A stretch of DNA of 64,000 bases. Origin: Eledone cirrhosa (lineage: Eukaryota). Made by a program: the position numbers and the translations under genes. The DNA lies in NCBI GenBank assembly GCA_964016885.1, contig OZ024742.1, forward strand, positions 297,786,001 to 297,850,000, read 5' to 3'. This document shows positions 1 through 13,900 of the stretch, one piece after another. The notes beneath the pieces are model-generated. The model had not been told where the DNA came from, searched no databases, and saw only the letters and a program-made list of their open reading frames with translations. Position 1 is the stretch's first letter. Every line of letters begins with the position of its first letter.

Positions 1-638
1 AAACATATATGAACAGTTTATATTTTTTATAACTAGATTAAAAGTACTTTTATGTTTTGTCTTCCAGTCAAATAGTATTGATGAGCTATTTAAAAGAATG
101 AAAACTCCAGGATATCTGAAATAAAACAACAATAGATGAAGAAGTCCATTCACAAGAATGAACCCTGCATGTTAGCTTGCTCTTTTGGTGAATCTCCCTC
201 ACCCTCCTGTGGGATATTGCATATGCCATTCTTTCCACCATGGCTATGAAGCAAAACCAGCATTGAATATTATGTAGATTAAGTTGTCTTAAATGAATAA
301 AATGTTATGTACTTATATTATAATTAAGTAACCATAACAAGAGATCTTTTTTCAGCAACACGCATTTGAAATGTCACTTTTAATAAACATGCTTTAATTC
401 AAGGTGATAGCTGTAATTTTACAGCTTCACTTATCTAATAGATGGTAGAGACAGATGAACTAGAAAATACTCTTTTACATCAAACTTGAAATTAATACAT
501 CTATTTGACAAGACATTTATTTAAAATATTCTCAATTTTCTCCATAATTATGTCTACCTGATATTTTCTTTTCAATTTCATCATAGGAGTTTTAACAGTA
601 ATTAGAAGAAAAAAATATTTTAGAAGTAAAAGACTTAC

Positions 639-749
639 TTTGAATTTATTGAGTAAATCATATTTCTGAAGCAGTTCATAACCAACGTATTTGAGTGCAT
701 GAGAATCTTCATTGGTTGCAAACACATCAAAACTCCAGTCATCTAGATT
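639..749 (-). CDS. PDE1: PDE1 internal coding exon D (start of catalytic domain); the gene continues beyond position 1
   Basis: Acceptor ttattttcag| and donor |gtaagt; 111 nt, phase 0-0. Translates NLDDWSFDVFATNEDSHALKYVGYELLQKYDLLNKFK, the class I PDE 'W-x-F-D-V-F...HAL...ELL...L..KFK' segment. Confidence 0.96.
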
Positions 750-1275
750 CTGAAAATAATAATTCAAAAAGAATTTAATAAGTTATTTCAAAGAAATTAT
801 AATGACTATATACAATGCATGGCACTTGAATTAAACAACTTTTATATAGCATAATACACAAATCTACTTAGATTTGTTAGAATCAGCTTTTGAAACATTT
901 TAAACTGTCTTTGTGACAATAAAGTGTTCTAGTAATAGCTTTCTTTCAAGGAGAATTATACAAAAAAACATTTGATTACTACAAAATAATGTTTTTATTC
1001 TCCCTAAATACTTGAAATATTACAAATCAAGATTTTATGTTATCTGAAAAAAAGACTCTTAGTTACTTAGGTAACAATGTTGACGTTAATTGACTGTATA
1101 ATTAACTCTTAATATCCTGTAGTGATTTAGCAGAAGATATCTAAAAACAGATTTGTTACTTCAAATGTTTGTAGCATCTTTAATAGTGGACAGATCATTG
1201 TACAAATATAATCTTCAGTATTAGAGATTAGACTTTAATTTTTATTATGATGCAATCATAGTGCTTTTTAATAAT

Positions 1276-1497
1276 TGTTTCTACTATAGGCACAAGGCCA
1301 GTAATTTGGGGCGGAGAGGGAGGGCAAAGTCGATTAAATCGACCCCAGTGCATTACTGGTGCTTTTTTATCGACCCCGCAAGGATGAAAGGCAAAGTTAA
1401 CCTCGGCGAGATTTGAACTCAGACTGTAAAGGACCGTAACTCTATGCTGCAAAGCATGGTGTTCGACTCTCTACCGATACTGCCAATCCACCGCCCT
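1276..1497 (-). mobile_element. tRNA-derived SINE, full length (family 1)
   Basis: Minus-strand head ggcggtggattggcagtatcgg (A box) and gagttcaaatc (B box); central gcctttcatcctt..ggggtcgataaaa domain; exact 18-bp TSD atagtgctttttaataat at 1258-1275 and 1498-1515. Confidence 0.9.
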
Positions 1498-1887
1498 ATA
1501 GTGCTTTTTAATAATGCCATGCTAATGTGGTTTCATGCAGTACAGGATGTTAAGAGTTAATATACTTAAGTATATTTTACACTATAAGTTTTAGCTATGC
1601 ATATATTTTAATTGATTTTTCAGATTTATAGTAGGCTACAGAGAATTCCTTTACAGATTGCAAATGGACTGTGGAATATGTTGGGAATAATGTTATATAT
1701 TTAGCAGAGAGGCTCAGTTTTCCACCACCATCACATTTCATTTTCAGAAAAAAAGTGATTTGCACCTCCAATATCATGAATTGTAAGGTAAATGTTTTAG
1801 TTTAATTCCACTCTCGCTCCTTTATTTCTAACTTGAATTGTATTAACTTTCCTGAAACGAGTTTGCAGTTCAGTCAGGGGCTTTAAA

Positions 1888-2156
1888 TCATCATAATCAT
1901 TGTTTAATATCTATTTTCCATGCTAGCATGGGTTAGATGAGTTGCCCTGTTGTGAGACAAGCCAGGTCAGATGCCCATGTCTTGCTCATATAGAATTGGT
2001 TTGGCTTGATTTCTACGGCTAGATGCCCTTCCTAACACCAACCACATTTACAATGTGTGCTCGGTGTTTATTGTTGTGACACCTACATGGCCACTTTACA
2101 GTGTGGGCTGGGCACTTTTATCATCTCACCTACATGACCACTTTACAGTGTGGGAT
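1888..2156 (-). mobile_element. RTE 3' UTR / RTE-tailed SINE fragment
   Basis: (CAT)n-like tail plus ttccatgctagcatgggttag...gatgcccttcctaacacc and internal ccactttacagtgtggg repeats, all shared with the RTE 3' ends at 38748 and 42301. Confidence 0.8.
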
Positions 2157-2789
2157 TCTATCATTAAAATAGATTTCATTGCTCCTTGGTACCATAATCA
2201 GTTTTGATGATGATGTTGTTGGTGATTTCTGTTGACTAAATATAATATCAATTTCGAAGAAACCTTTCTATTCAGCAGATTTTGAATGATTCCTTCAGAT
2301 ATATTCCACAGAATATTTCAATCTGTGAGATTTCTTCAATGATAGTAGATTCCATATTTCAAATACAGTAATAATTAGATATATTGATCTGGCTGAACTA
2401 CTCTCACCTCTAATTATTCTACAACCAATGTACAATAGAATTAACAAGAGATAATGAGAAAGTAGATGAGGCTACAATAAAGAATTGTAACTGCTACTGT
2501 ATAGAAGATTTCATGTCTGCTAAACTTGATTGAGATTGATAATGTTATATGATATAGTATATATTAACATTCACATTTTACAGCTGAGATGTCTCATTCG
2601 AAGCACATGAAATTTTGAGATTCAAATATTTTGTAGCTCAAAATAGAACTGTTCTAGAAATCCAGAGAAAGATGCAGTCTCCTGACTCGACTTGTCTCAT
2701 AACTTGATGATCTGTCTAACCCATGCATGCATTGAAATGGACATTAAACAACTGGCATGCCATTGGTTATGATGACTAGTGTTCTACTT

Positions 2790-3062
2790 GATAAGAACCT
2801 GCTTGTGAAATTAACATGCATGTGGCTGAGCATTCCACAGACACACATACCATTATCGTAGTTTTCAGGGAGATTCAGTATGATACAGAAAGTGATAATG
2901 CTGGTGTTTTGAATTACAGGTAAAACTCATTTTTACCAGCTGGGTGGACTGGAGCAATGTGAAATAAAATGTCTTGCTCAAGAACACAATGCACCAATGC
3001 GAATCAAACTCACAACTTTATGATTGAGAGCAGAATACCTTTACCGCCAAGCCACACACCTC
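2790..3062 (-). mobile_element. Decayed tRNA-derived SINE (family 2)
   Basis: Reverse complement of the gtgttcttgagcaagaca-ttttatttcacattgctccagt core also seen at 36874 and 38118; its tail matches 59940-60110. Confidence 0.7.
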
Positions 3063-3572
3063 AATGGACATTAAATGATGATGATGATTATCATCATCAT
3101 CTGTTGTAATATTTGGGGATGGTCATTTTGACAATGTTGCCAATAAAATCACATGCCCTATTTGACTTTCACTTCAGCTTTATTAACATTAGTTCTTGGT
3201 TATTTTGTAAAAACTCTTTTGTTAGACGTTCTGTGATCTCCTCAATGACTATTTATTCTTCTTCTCTGTGTCTCCTTTTAATCTTTTTTTCTTTTAACTG
3301 GTTTAGTTAAGGAGGAGGTAAGAGCAGTGCCCCTGACCCTTTTTGTGGTTTGTGAGATTGATGGGAGGGAAGGAGAAAGATATCCTTAAATAGAAGAACT
3401 GTGCATGCAACAGAATGCATCCTGCTAAAGGTACCTGAGGTGAGCATGTTAAACTAAGTGAGGAATTAAGTCAGCCGCAAAGTAGGGCACAATGGGATTT
3501 GAACTCAGAACATAAAATGCGATGTACCTCCTCCAAAATATTAGGATATGGAAGTAAACTTGAGCTGGTGCT

Positions 3573-3920
3573 GTGAAAACTCAAACACTCATCCTCTGAA
3601 GGAAACCTGCATAGTGCACCCTACATAGGAATAGAGTTCTACTGATGCAGATCGAGAAGTTCAACTATCTTGGGACTGTGTTCATGAATGATAAAAGGCA
3701 GGAGGTTGAATTAAGTGCAAGAATTGGAGGAGCTGGTGCAGTTATGTGCCAGCTTCAGCATTCGGTAATCAGAAGCAGGAAGGTAAATGTAAAAGCCATA
3801 CTTGCTACCTTCAATTCAGTATTCATTAATGTTTAGTAATGACTGAAAGAATATGATCACAAACAAAACCAACCAAAATTGGTTCCTCCAAAGGGTGTTT
3901 AGAGTAATGTTACCTGAGAG
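3573..3920 (+). mobile_element. RTE-clade (Rex3/Expander-like) RT C-terminal fragment
   Basis: VKTQTLIL*RKPA*CTLHRNRVLLMQIEKFNYLGTVF...ELSARIGGAGAVM...KAILATFNSVF; F-x-YLG and RIG-A motifs; in-frame stops. Confidence 0.75.
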
Positions 3921-4455
3921 TGAGTGTAGCTAGATAAGTATCCTAACCACTGGGACACATGTCTTCTCTCATGAGATATTAAAGTTAGAAACTAAAAATT
4001 ATACATGAGAAAATCCTATCTTGATAAAATTATATATCCATGAACAATTCTACTTAGAAACAAAAAACAATTTTTGTCTTTTTTTTCTGAATGCAAAATA
4101 TTTCACAGAATTTATAATTGGTAGAAATATTATGAACTTCCATCTGCATTTTTTCAAATACAAAATTAAATTAATGTTGTTAGCATATTTGAAATTTTTA
4201 AAACACTTTATGATGTTTTCAATATATTTCAATATATTTCAGAGAAATTCACCCTTCCTAAGCAAGATTCATGTTGACTCATATTCTATCATGTCAGCAA
4301 TAACTGCTGATCCTTCTCATTTTACCAGTTACAGCTGTTGGAGCAGGACATGAATGTTTCATTCCTAGGCTGAGATGAAGAAGATGAAATATACAAATTA
4401 ACATTACAACCCTGGTTCTATCTGATCTTGTTAAGAACAGCAACATTCACTTTAA

Positions 4456-4691
4456 CCTGTTGACTGCCACATATATTTTACACAGCTAAAGTTGCTGTGA
4501 TGGATTTATTTTCAGTAAAATGACTATTTTTTAAAACAAATATTTATTAACAACACATATCTGAATGATTGACAAACATCACATCAATAAACTAGTAACC
4601 CCATCTCGCTTTGGAGTCATGAACTGTTGGAAATGAGTTCAAACATGTTAGGACTAGTTATCGAGTTATCTTGTCTATGGTACTGAAGAGG
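4456..4691. mobile_element. Possible TTAA-flanked MITE
   Basis: ttaa|cct...agg|ttaa ends and internal inverted segments (aactagt/actagtt, tgaact/agttca); the terminal repeats are very short. Confidence 0.35.
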
Positions 4692-4787
4692 TTAATATAT
4701 TACACAGTTACAATTTTAAAATAAGTTACTTCATACCTAATAACAGTTACAAATTTAAGATGTGTAAAAGAAAAAAGGAAGACCAAC

Positions 4788-4854
4788 CTTTAATACAGTA
4801 AGTACATTTTGCGGAATACTTAAGCCAACAGACCCTGACATTCGTCTGTAGATC
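4788..4854 (-). CDS. PDE1: PDE1 internal coding exon C
   Basis: Acceptor ctttag| and donor |gttggt; 67 nt, phase 2-0. Translates (R)IYRRMSGSVGLSIPQNVLTVLK, in frame with exons B and D and matching the PDE1 linker before the catalytic domain. Confidence 0.93.
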
Positions 4855-7800
4855 CTAAAGAGTGATAAAGTTTTAAATCAAAATTTAAAGATAAATAAGA
4901 GTAATATAAAATGGAGGTGTTTTAGATAATTTTATGTCTTGAAATACAAAGAACAAAAACACAAAATGCAACATTTAATTAGAACCTTGAGAGATATTAA
5001 AAACATTTTTCAGGATCACATTCAGAGTTAGAGGTCCAATTTGTTCAATTGATTATGATTTATTTTCAACTATTTTTTTATTTTTTAAAACATTTTAGAT
5101 GCTTCAACCATTTTGCATCTCATTTAGTCAATAGGAGGTGATGGGCAGTACACATTTCCCTTTTCAGAGCTTTAACGACTGGTGTGAGGGAAGCAGGTAG
5201 AAAGATATTCTTAATCCAGAGACCTGGTCTGAATGCTTACAACAAAGCAAACTCTGCTAAAGACACCCAAGGGTCAGGTGGTTGTGTTAAACTGGGTGAC
5301 AGCTTAAGTCTACTACCTAAACCATAGTAGAATTTAAAGACAGAGTATAAAAATATCAGAACAAATACTGAAAAACATATTCTTCTACACATTAACAATC
5401 CTGCAAATTTATCATGCTTGATCGATATTTTATTTTATCAACCTCAAAAGGATTAAAGGTAATTTTGACTTCAGTGTGATTGAAACTCTAAGAAAAAAGA
5501 GTTCGGACAAATGCTGCAAAGCATTTTGTCCCAAACTCTAACACCTCTGTCAGTTCAATATCTTATGTTATAATGATTTTGTAAATAAACAAAGATAATA
5601 TAACAAAAATATTTTTTTGTTATATTATAATATATTTTTGTTATTGACAACGATAAACTGAAAACATTGATTTAATTAAAATACAGTACATATATGTTTA
5701 TGTTTTACATTTTAACAATTCAAAAAATAAAACAAAATATCAAACTCAAGGTGAAAATAAGTTGTTTATATTTGACTTGTGTCAGACAAATGTAATCCAT
5801 TTTTTTCTTCTGATTAATTAAATTTGTAATTATTTTCTATAACAATTAATTGAATTTTTATGTTCTGATGCCTAAGAATAACCTCATAAATTCCTTTACT
5901 GTGTTTTAAGAAATTTGCTTCAGCGCTTTTATGAATCTTTTCGATGTAGAGTTGGAGCTAAAAGCTGTGTGCAAGCCAAACAAAGGAGAGAAAGGAATTG
6001 AAACAAATAAGCATTCTAAAGTGAATGTTTATGTTATTTTTAAACCCCTCTTTTGAGGTTTCCATACAAATAGATTTCATTACAAAAGCATTATTATACA
6101 TAGATGTGAACAACTATATGCAATGCTTGCATTAGCGAGTTAACCTACTTGATTCTTTGTAGGTGGTATTTGATGGAATGGCAAAAAAAAAACTAGCTTC
6201 GTTATTGTAATGATAATTATTATTATTACTACTTAAAATAAATCAACATTATCATTACTATTATTTTCATAATTATCATCATTTTTATTATCCATATTTT
6301 TATCATTATTATCATCGTCATCATCATTATAATTATTGTTATAACTAACAGGATTCATTTTATAGTTCTTCTAATTTCTATTTTGATGCATATTTTTAGC
6401 ACTCTTTATAGCATTGTTTTATTTATGTTTTTGATTTCGTACCCTAGCTAAGATTTTTCAAATTATATCACTCACATTTATGTTGTGACAACCAGAATAA
6501 TATTACAGATTATTAACCATCATTCTTTTAACAGTTTTATACAAGTTTCTATTGTTTTCCCAGGTGCACCATTGTGTTCCTCAGGTATATGCAGTATTGT
6601 ATTTTGAGAATGCATTATAATGTTTGTAAACTACGCCAGTGTTTCTTTGTTGTGGGATGTTTTGCTGGTTCTGATATTATTTTACTGTTTTATCTGCTAT
6701 GTAGATTATGTGTAATGACAGTTGTATTATTTTGTTGGGTCGTATAGGACTGTGTTTTTATGTTCTTATTCATATTATTTCTATCATTATAATTGTGTAA
6801 ACAAATATATCTCTTAAGGAATTATGAAACCTAGTTTGATAAATAGAACTTCAAAAATTACAAAAGAATTTGTGATGTCAGAGATATACCAAATTTGTAG
6901 ATTAAATAATATTAAATAACTGATAAACATTTTCAAAGGTTATCGATACTTCTTCCTTTGATTTAAATGTAAATTATTAAAACATTACTGACTTCGAAAA
7001 TATTTTCCCAATAACTTTGTTTAGAAACGATTGAAATTAAGACAAAAAGAAATAAAACCTTCTGGCTAACATTTATCAACTGGATGAATTTTTTCATTAA
7101 TAAACTTCTATTTTATATTTTGTTTATTTCAAACTAGACATATTAATGTATTAATACAATTCTTGTTTGCTCTTTAGATAGAAGTCATTAACAATTTCAT
7201 TTTTGTTATTCACTGATTAAGATTTTTCTTTAGTTTATATTGCTGCTTTTTCAAGCAAGGTATTAATTTCCTTTTTAATTAATTCAGCATGTTTAACAAT
7301 TACAACTACATATTTTGTATATAACTTTTATTTAACTTCAGAGTATTTTATGAAAAAGTAAAATTTGAAAACATTTAGTTATTTTTATTTTTTATTTGTT
7401 CCAGTTTATGGTTATTTGTAATATTTCTTTAGAACTAAACCATAATATTTTCATAAAAATATTTCTAATAGAAATCACTGCTTGTTTGATTTTCAAAATT
7501 CAAAAAATACCCAAGAATTGGAGGGGTTATTAAGCTGGTGTTTGGAACATAACAAAAGTTCTTATATAAAACTATAATAGGTTTTCTAAGAAATATAAGC
7601 CATTAAAAAAAGCTTTAATATCATAGAACCAGGGATGTTTTCAGGCAGCTTGGTATCAAAGAGGTTAGAACTAATTATCAAAAACCTGTGTAAACAGGAC
7701 AATAAGATTAAGAGAATATAGTGCCAGAATGCCATCTGTATCTGAGCTTCAACGGTTTTATTAGGGGTAAATATGTGCAAGAATTAAGAAATATTATACC

Positions 7801-7877
7801 TATGAAAAATCCTGTAAAACAAAAGAAACAAATATTACGTTGTACATCTATTTCTATATTGGATATTAATAATTTAA

Positions 7878-8128
7878 CCCTTTCATTTTCATATTTCTAA
7901 TAAAACACATTACCTATGGTTTTCAAATAATTTTGAAAATAATTCAGAATTTGGATGAATTTAGCAATATAATTAATTTTCTTCTTATTAAGCTAGCGTT
8001 TAGCACATACAAATATCCTTACATAAAATTATTATGGAAGGTGTTTACATAAATATAAACGACTTAAAAGAGACAGTTTTGTATAGTACTACCAAAGGCA
8101 GTTTCATGCAGGTTTGATATCAAAAGGG
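7878..8128. mobile_element. piggyBac-type MITE (TTAA TSD, CCCTTT/AAAGGG ends)
   Basis: ttaa|cccttt ... aaaggg|ttaa. Related decayed copies lie near 7440-7667, 13710-13950, 16512-16774, 28900-29100, 57440-57650, 57950-58180 and 58350-58590. Confidence 0.7.
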
Positions 8129-8807
8129 TTAAGAGGTTATGATTAAGTAACCTATCCTATTTGACAATATTAAATAAATTAAATTGATTCACATTGGTAA
8201 TACAAGTAAACTTTAATGTTGTGATGTAAATTAGGGGTTGAGGATGAAATACTTACAGTCTATATATCTGGTGTGATTTTATTTAATATATTCTCCATAA
8301 AAATATAGCTGAGAGTGAAATCTTAAAGTCATCAATATTGACTAGAAGAAAACAACATTTCATAAACTAGCAGACAAAATAACAAAAACAAACCATGAAT
8401 CCATCAGAGCAGACAATATGTAACCTTCACACTTTTTATTTTAAATATCAATTGATGATTAAGAGCTGAAAAGATCTAATAAAAAGTGATTTTAAGAGCA
8501 AATCAAAGTTAGTTATTACAGTAGTATAGACAATCATTATGATTTGTGTTCTTTTTTTAATGGGCCAGTTTGAGGAAAAGGAGAAAGGTTAGTGGCCATA
8601 ATTTTTGCCAGTTTTCCTCGGCTCCCTAATCAGAATACTTCAGTCTCTTATGAAAGTTATTGATTAAAATGTTAAATTTTTCTCTTCCTTATGACAAACC
8701 AATTAAATTCACTTTTCAACGCTGTTTCTGCTCATTAATTGTCAACATAGACCACCACTAATTTCCTAGAATTCTACATTTTTTATTTATTAAGATATTC
8801 CACATTT

Positions 8808-9073
8808 CATGAGCAAGACACTTTATTTCACATTGCTCCAGTTTACTCAGCTGTAGAAATGAGATGATAGGGACTGGGGTCCATATCATTATACTGCAAA
8901 GTGGTCGTGGAGGTGCCACGGCAAAAAAGCACCCAGCACTCACTGTAAATGAGGTTGGTGATAGGAAGGACATCCAGCTGTAGAAATCAAGCCAGAATCA
9001 GTTCTCGTCCCACCCTTGCAAGCAGAGAAAAGTGGACGTAAAGTGATGATGATGACAATGATGATGATGATGA
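8808..9073 (+). mobile_element. 5'-truncated SINE with RTE-derived (GAT)n tail
   Basis: gagcaagacactttatttcacattgctccag core followed by the RTE 3' UTR sequence and gatgatgat repeats. Confidence 0.75.
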
Positions 9074-9457
9074 TAGACCATCACTAGTTTCTTCAGATTT
9101 TACTATTTACTCTAATAATTTAAAACCTTAATAATTGTGTGTCTATCATAACCCTAACTCTCAACAGTATTATTAATAAATGGATAGTATAAGATTATTT
9201 ATTAGAAGTCCTGACTCAGGAAGGATAAGCTGAACATAAGCTCGAGAATGATCACCAGTTATTGTGTTGCCTGGGTGAGGGTGTCTGCTGTTGAAAAACT
9301 CTATGCAAAGCAATGGCCCCAGATAACATCACTGACGATATGTTCAGGCATGTCTCAAGATGATGTTTAAATAAAAAACATGAGATTGGAATGAAGTAAT
9401 GATATCGTGTTTTTTTTTTTCTGATAGGTGTGATTATTATTATTAAAGTGATAACAA

Positions 9458-9661
9458 AGGCGGTGGATTGGCAATATCAGTAGATATGCTGTGAAGCATA
9501 GAGTTACAGACTTTTATGTTCTGAGTTCAATTCCTGCCAAGGTTAGCTTTGCCTTTCATCATTATGGGATCGATAAAATACCACACCAGTAACACACTGG
9601 AGTTGATTTAATACACTTTCCCCTCCCCAAAATTGTTGGCCTTGTGCCTTAATCAGAAACC
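9458..9661 (+). mobile_element. tRNA-derived SINE (family 1)
   Basis: Head ggcggtggattggcaatatcagtag and B box gagttcaattc; exact 19-bp TSD attattaaagtgataacaa at 9439-9457 and 9662-9680. Confidence 0.88.
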
Positions 9662-10592
9662 ATTATTAAAGTGATAACAACTTAAAATAAAATCTAGTTG
9701 ACATATTTCGTTTACTCAATGCTGATGACTTCATCATAATAGCCAACATAATAACTAAAACTAGAAAGAACCCTGATAATTTCTTTGGCTGTAAATTACC
9801 AGTACTTATTTTAGAAAATGAAAGAATAAATTATCCAAATGGGAGGAGTTATACTAAATATAATAAAACTTATGTCTTTGTGCCTCAGCTTTTTTTCCTT
9901 CATCTGTGATTAGATTAAAGTTTGAAAGAAAGAGAAATAATAATTGTAACATTTTAGTGACCTATGAAAGTAAAAGGTTTGGTTTAAAGTAAGAAAGGTG
10001 AGACACTGAAGTCAGATTTATCATTTATTTAGCAAATTACTAGTTGGATATTAATAGTTCTAATATACCAAAATAATTACAGGTCTATGATTCTTAATTT
10101 TAGAATATTCTTTTCTAGACTAGTTAGAAATATAAATCAAAATCGAAAATATAAAATAAAGTGTTTTTTTTAAATATTTATTCAGTTATAATAACACCAA
10201 TTAAATCTTTGTATGGAAATAACCTACATTGATTTGTGTATAAGTACATATTACACTCAGGGAAGAATCATTATTAAATTCAAAGAAACACATTTATGTA
10301 AATATGAAAATATACATAAAAAGCAGCAATTCAGAAAAATCGAACATTTTTTTCTCACAATTATAATCACTGAAATATTGGATTCACCAATATAAGAAAT
10401 ATTGGATTCACCAGTATAAGAAATAATCTTTATCATCAAGAAGAAATTATTACACATATTTTACAAACAATAGTCACCTAAATTATATGTTGTAAATATG
10501 ATTTATAATCTACTGGCTATTAAGATCTTTGAATATTACATACTTTGTTGCAATAATTTTGATTTTGTTTTTAGTGTTTCATCAGATAGAAA

Positions 10593-10990
10593 AGGGCAGT
10601 GCCCATAACTCTTATCAAGTTCTCTAAGACTATCAGGTGGGATGGGGGAGAGAAGTGATACTCAAACCAGATACGACCACATTTGAATGCTTTCTACAAA
10701 TTGGACTCAACTAAAGGCACCCAAGAATCATTTGGTGGTGTTAAACTGTTAATGGATTAAGTGTATCACCCAAGGAGGCCAAGGTGTGATTTGAACTCTA
10801 AATGCAAAGAGCCAGAACAAATACTGCAAGACCTCTCTCATCCAATGCTTTAACAAACTTATTAATTCTTCATCCTAGGCTGGAACATTATTTTATCATC
10901 CCTGAAAGGATGAAAGTAAACTAAACCTCAGTGGGATTTGAACTCAGAATGCAGAGAAGCAGAACCAATACTGCAAAACGTTTGATCTAT
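10593..10990 (-). repeat. Old interspersed repeat plus decayed SINE heads
   Basis: Motif string gggcagtgccc...tgaatgcttt...ctaaaggcaccc...gttaaactg...gatttgaactc recurs at about 3320-3520, 5140-5360 and 49240-49470. Confidence 0.55.
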
Positions 10991-13900
10991 TCTCTAACAA
11001 CTCTGTTAATTTGTCATATATATTAGGTTTGATAAAAAAAATACTAGGTGATCAGAAACAAGAAGGGAATATATTTATATTTATTCCTCTCTGTAATATA
11101 GTTTTATTTACAATATAGACTCCCTAAAGAAAACACATCATTTGCAGTATCTATCAAACAATCACCACACTGTGTGCGTAACATTTTTCCGAATTCCCCA
11201 AATTTTGAGCAAGTTATCATATCATTTTAACCATTAAAAAAAAACACATTAATGTTATATTCACTTTACATTTATCATTTGTTTTGTATCATCAAAATTC
11301 TCATTGCAACACTGCAGTTGGAGTGGAATTGTATCAGGAACCAGATCTCAAAAAGTGCAATGAATATTTTGATACCATGAAATAAAGGAAAATTGAATTT
11401 AACAGTTTCTATTAAATTAACATTTGTCATTTTGTAATAACTAAAGGACTTGTCATTGATGTAACTACTCCAGTTTCAACAAATGGTTTCAAACCAAGTC
11501 ATTCATCAGAAAAGAAAGGAAAGGAGCCAATCATCAAATTGAACCAAGGAAACAGTGTTTCTATTGAAAAACTCCTATCAGAAGGGAGTTTAATTTGACC
11601 TCAGAATATACAGAATTGGATCAGAAATCACAAAGATGATTCTTTAACAATTCAACTAATCTCCTATCCCTTGGTTGATACTTTATTTAACTGATAGGAG
11701 GTAAAGCTGACTTCAACATGATTTGAACTCAGAGGGCTGTCAGCTGGAAAATTTTTTTATCCAAGGCTCTAATGACTTTACCAGACAAGTACAACTTCGA
11801 ATCTATAAAAGTATATTGCATAAACCATTAAAGAGAGTATATTTCAGATATATAGCTAAAGTTAATTTTCTAGATTAAAACAAATAGTTGTAAATGGTAT
11901 TACTGTTTTGCTTTATATATTTACATTAGTGTCTTTGGTGATATAATATTAATTATATTTGGTGACAATAAAAAATTACCTTTGATAATATTAATTATAT
12001 TTGGTGACAATAGAAAAGTACCTTCTATAATATAATGTTATTTATGTTTGATAACAATAGAAATTGTGCTTCTATAGAAGGAAAAGTTTTCCTGAAGTTT
12101 TAATTTAATTTTCTTTTAAACCTTCCATCTGTTTATTCATACAACCACTATTGTCTCTCTTTATTTTGAACTTTTTTCAAGTTTTTACTTTATTGGCTCT
12201 TGGTAAACAGACCAAGATTCTTTTCTACCTTCTTTTTAGCATTACACTAATACAACAATATTGTGATGTATTGTTATTTGCTACAGTTTTTTCCATGACT
12301 TATTCAATATATTTAAACATTTCATTTTTATGTAGACAATATTCTCCTAATTTACGATAAGTACTGAATTTACAAATGGACTAAGGCTGTTGAAGTTCAG
12401 CACCTCATAGTTTAGGAGGCTCCATCCAATTTAAAATATATATTAAGATGTAGCTATGAAGCAAAGTATTCTTTTGAACATTTAGAATATTGTAATTGTT
12501 ATTAAATACATTTATTTTTCTTTGGGTTTCTCATTTTTTTAGAGAATGCTGGTATCTCAGCATCATTCTATGTGTTGATCTACATTCATATATTTCGAGT
12601 TTTCATTAAGTTTCCTGTGAGCAGTTGCAGGCCTCTAGTTTCTTTAGTTTTGCCCTAGCTGTTTAGGCCTGCATTATATTTTTTGATAAAAACCAAAAAA
12701 GTTCTACTTAGGAGATACATAGAGAAAAAGTGACAAATTGAGAATTAAAATGCAGGAAATAAAAACAAAGGTTTTGTAGACTATGTAGAAACAACATCAG
12801 CATGAACAAAAATGTTAGCACCTGTTTGAAAAGAAGAGGGTTAACTAATGAAAAGAGACAAGTTTGACAAATTCCTTACATTGCAATATAAAAAAATAAT
12901 TTCTGAAAGAAGATAAAATCATTGTCATCACTTCAACAAATAACTCGACTTTTCCTCCATCAAATTAAATTACATTATTTCTGAATTAAAGGCGAATTAT
13001 ATTTAAAACACATTTTTTTTACTGTTTCAGCTTTAGGATTAGAAATTTTCATAAATAAAATATTATCCCACAGCCCTAAAATTCTTGGAACAAATTTGCA
13101 TTATTTTATATAATGCATGTCAGAAAATAAATTATATTATGTGCAATTTCAGCCTAGGAATGTAAAGTAGTATTATGAAAATCACTTTGTTCTTTAGTAA
13201 TGTATTTTAAAAAGAAAACAAAGGAGTCAATTGTTAGATTGAACCAAGGAAATTATGTTTACATTGGTCTTCACATTGCTGATAATATTCACCCATGATA
13301 CTGCTAACAAAAGAAGGCAGGATTTGAACTCAAAATACAGAGGGTTAGATCAAATATTACAAAGATTCATGTCCAACTCTTTAACAATTCTACGAATCCT
13401 CAACCCTGGACTGGCACTTATTTATCAACCACAAATGAATGAAAGGCAAAGTTGATCTTGGCAGGATTTGAACTCAGTGCACAGAGGATTAGAATAAATA
13501 CTGCTTTAATGAGTGACAGTACATCAGATGAGTCGTATTTTACTACTGTATTATCTATTCAAATTGTTTATTACAACTCTCTTTATTAGTTAAATCATCT
13601 CCATACATTTGATTATGTTTTTTGGTGCTTTGCAAAATACTATTTATTTCGTGTTTTGGTGTATGGTGTTGTTTGAAGTAAATTGACCTTTTATTTCTAA
13701 TAAAAGACACTACTTTCACTTTTTAAATAATTTTGAAAATTCTCAGGCATTTGTAAGGTTTTAATAACATAATTAACTCTCTCATTATCTTGCTGGTGTT
13801 TGGATTATAACTTAATGAATCCTACATAAAATTGTGATAGTTGTTTTTAGATAACTACAAACATTTAAAAATAAACAGCTTTATATCATAAAATAAACAG

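Noticed and set aside
501-767. The 88-aa ORF as a standalone gene
   Set aside because: Only 639-749 is exon; the rest is intron read-through beyond clear splice sites.
10372-10424. Short tandem duplications here and at 11935-12060 and 13868-13912
   Set aside because: Ordinary slippage duplications with no sign of function.
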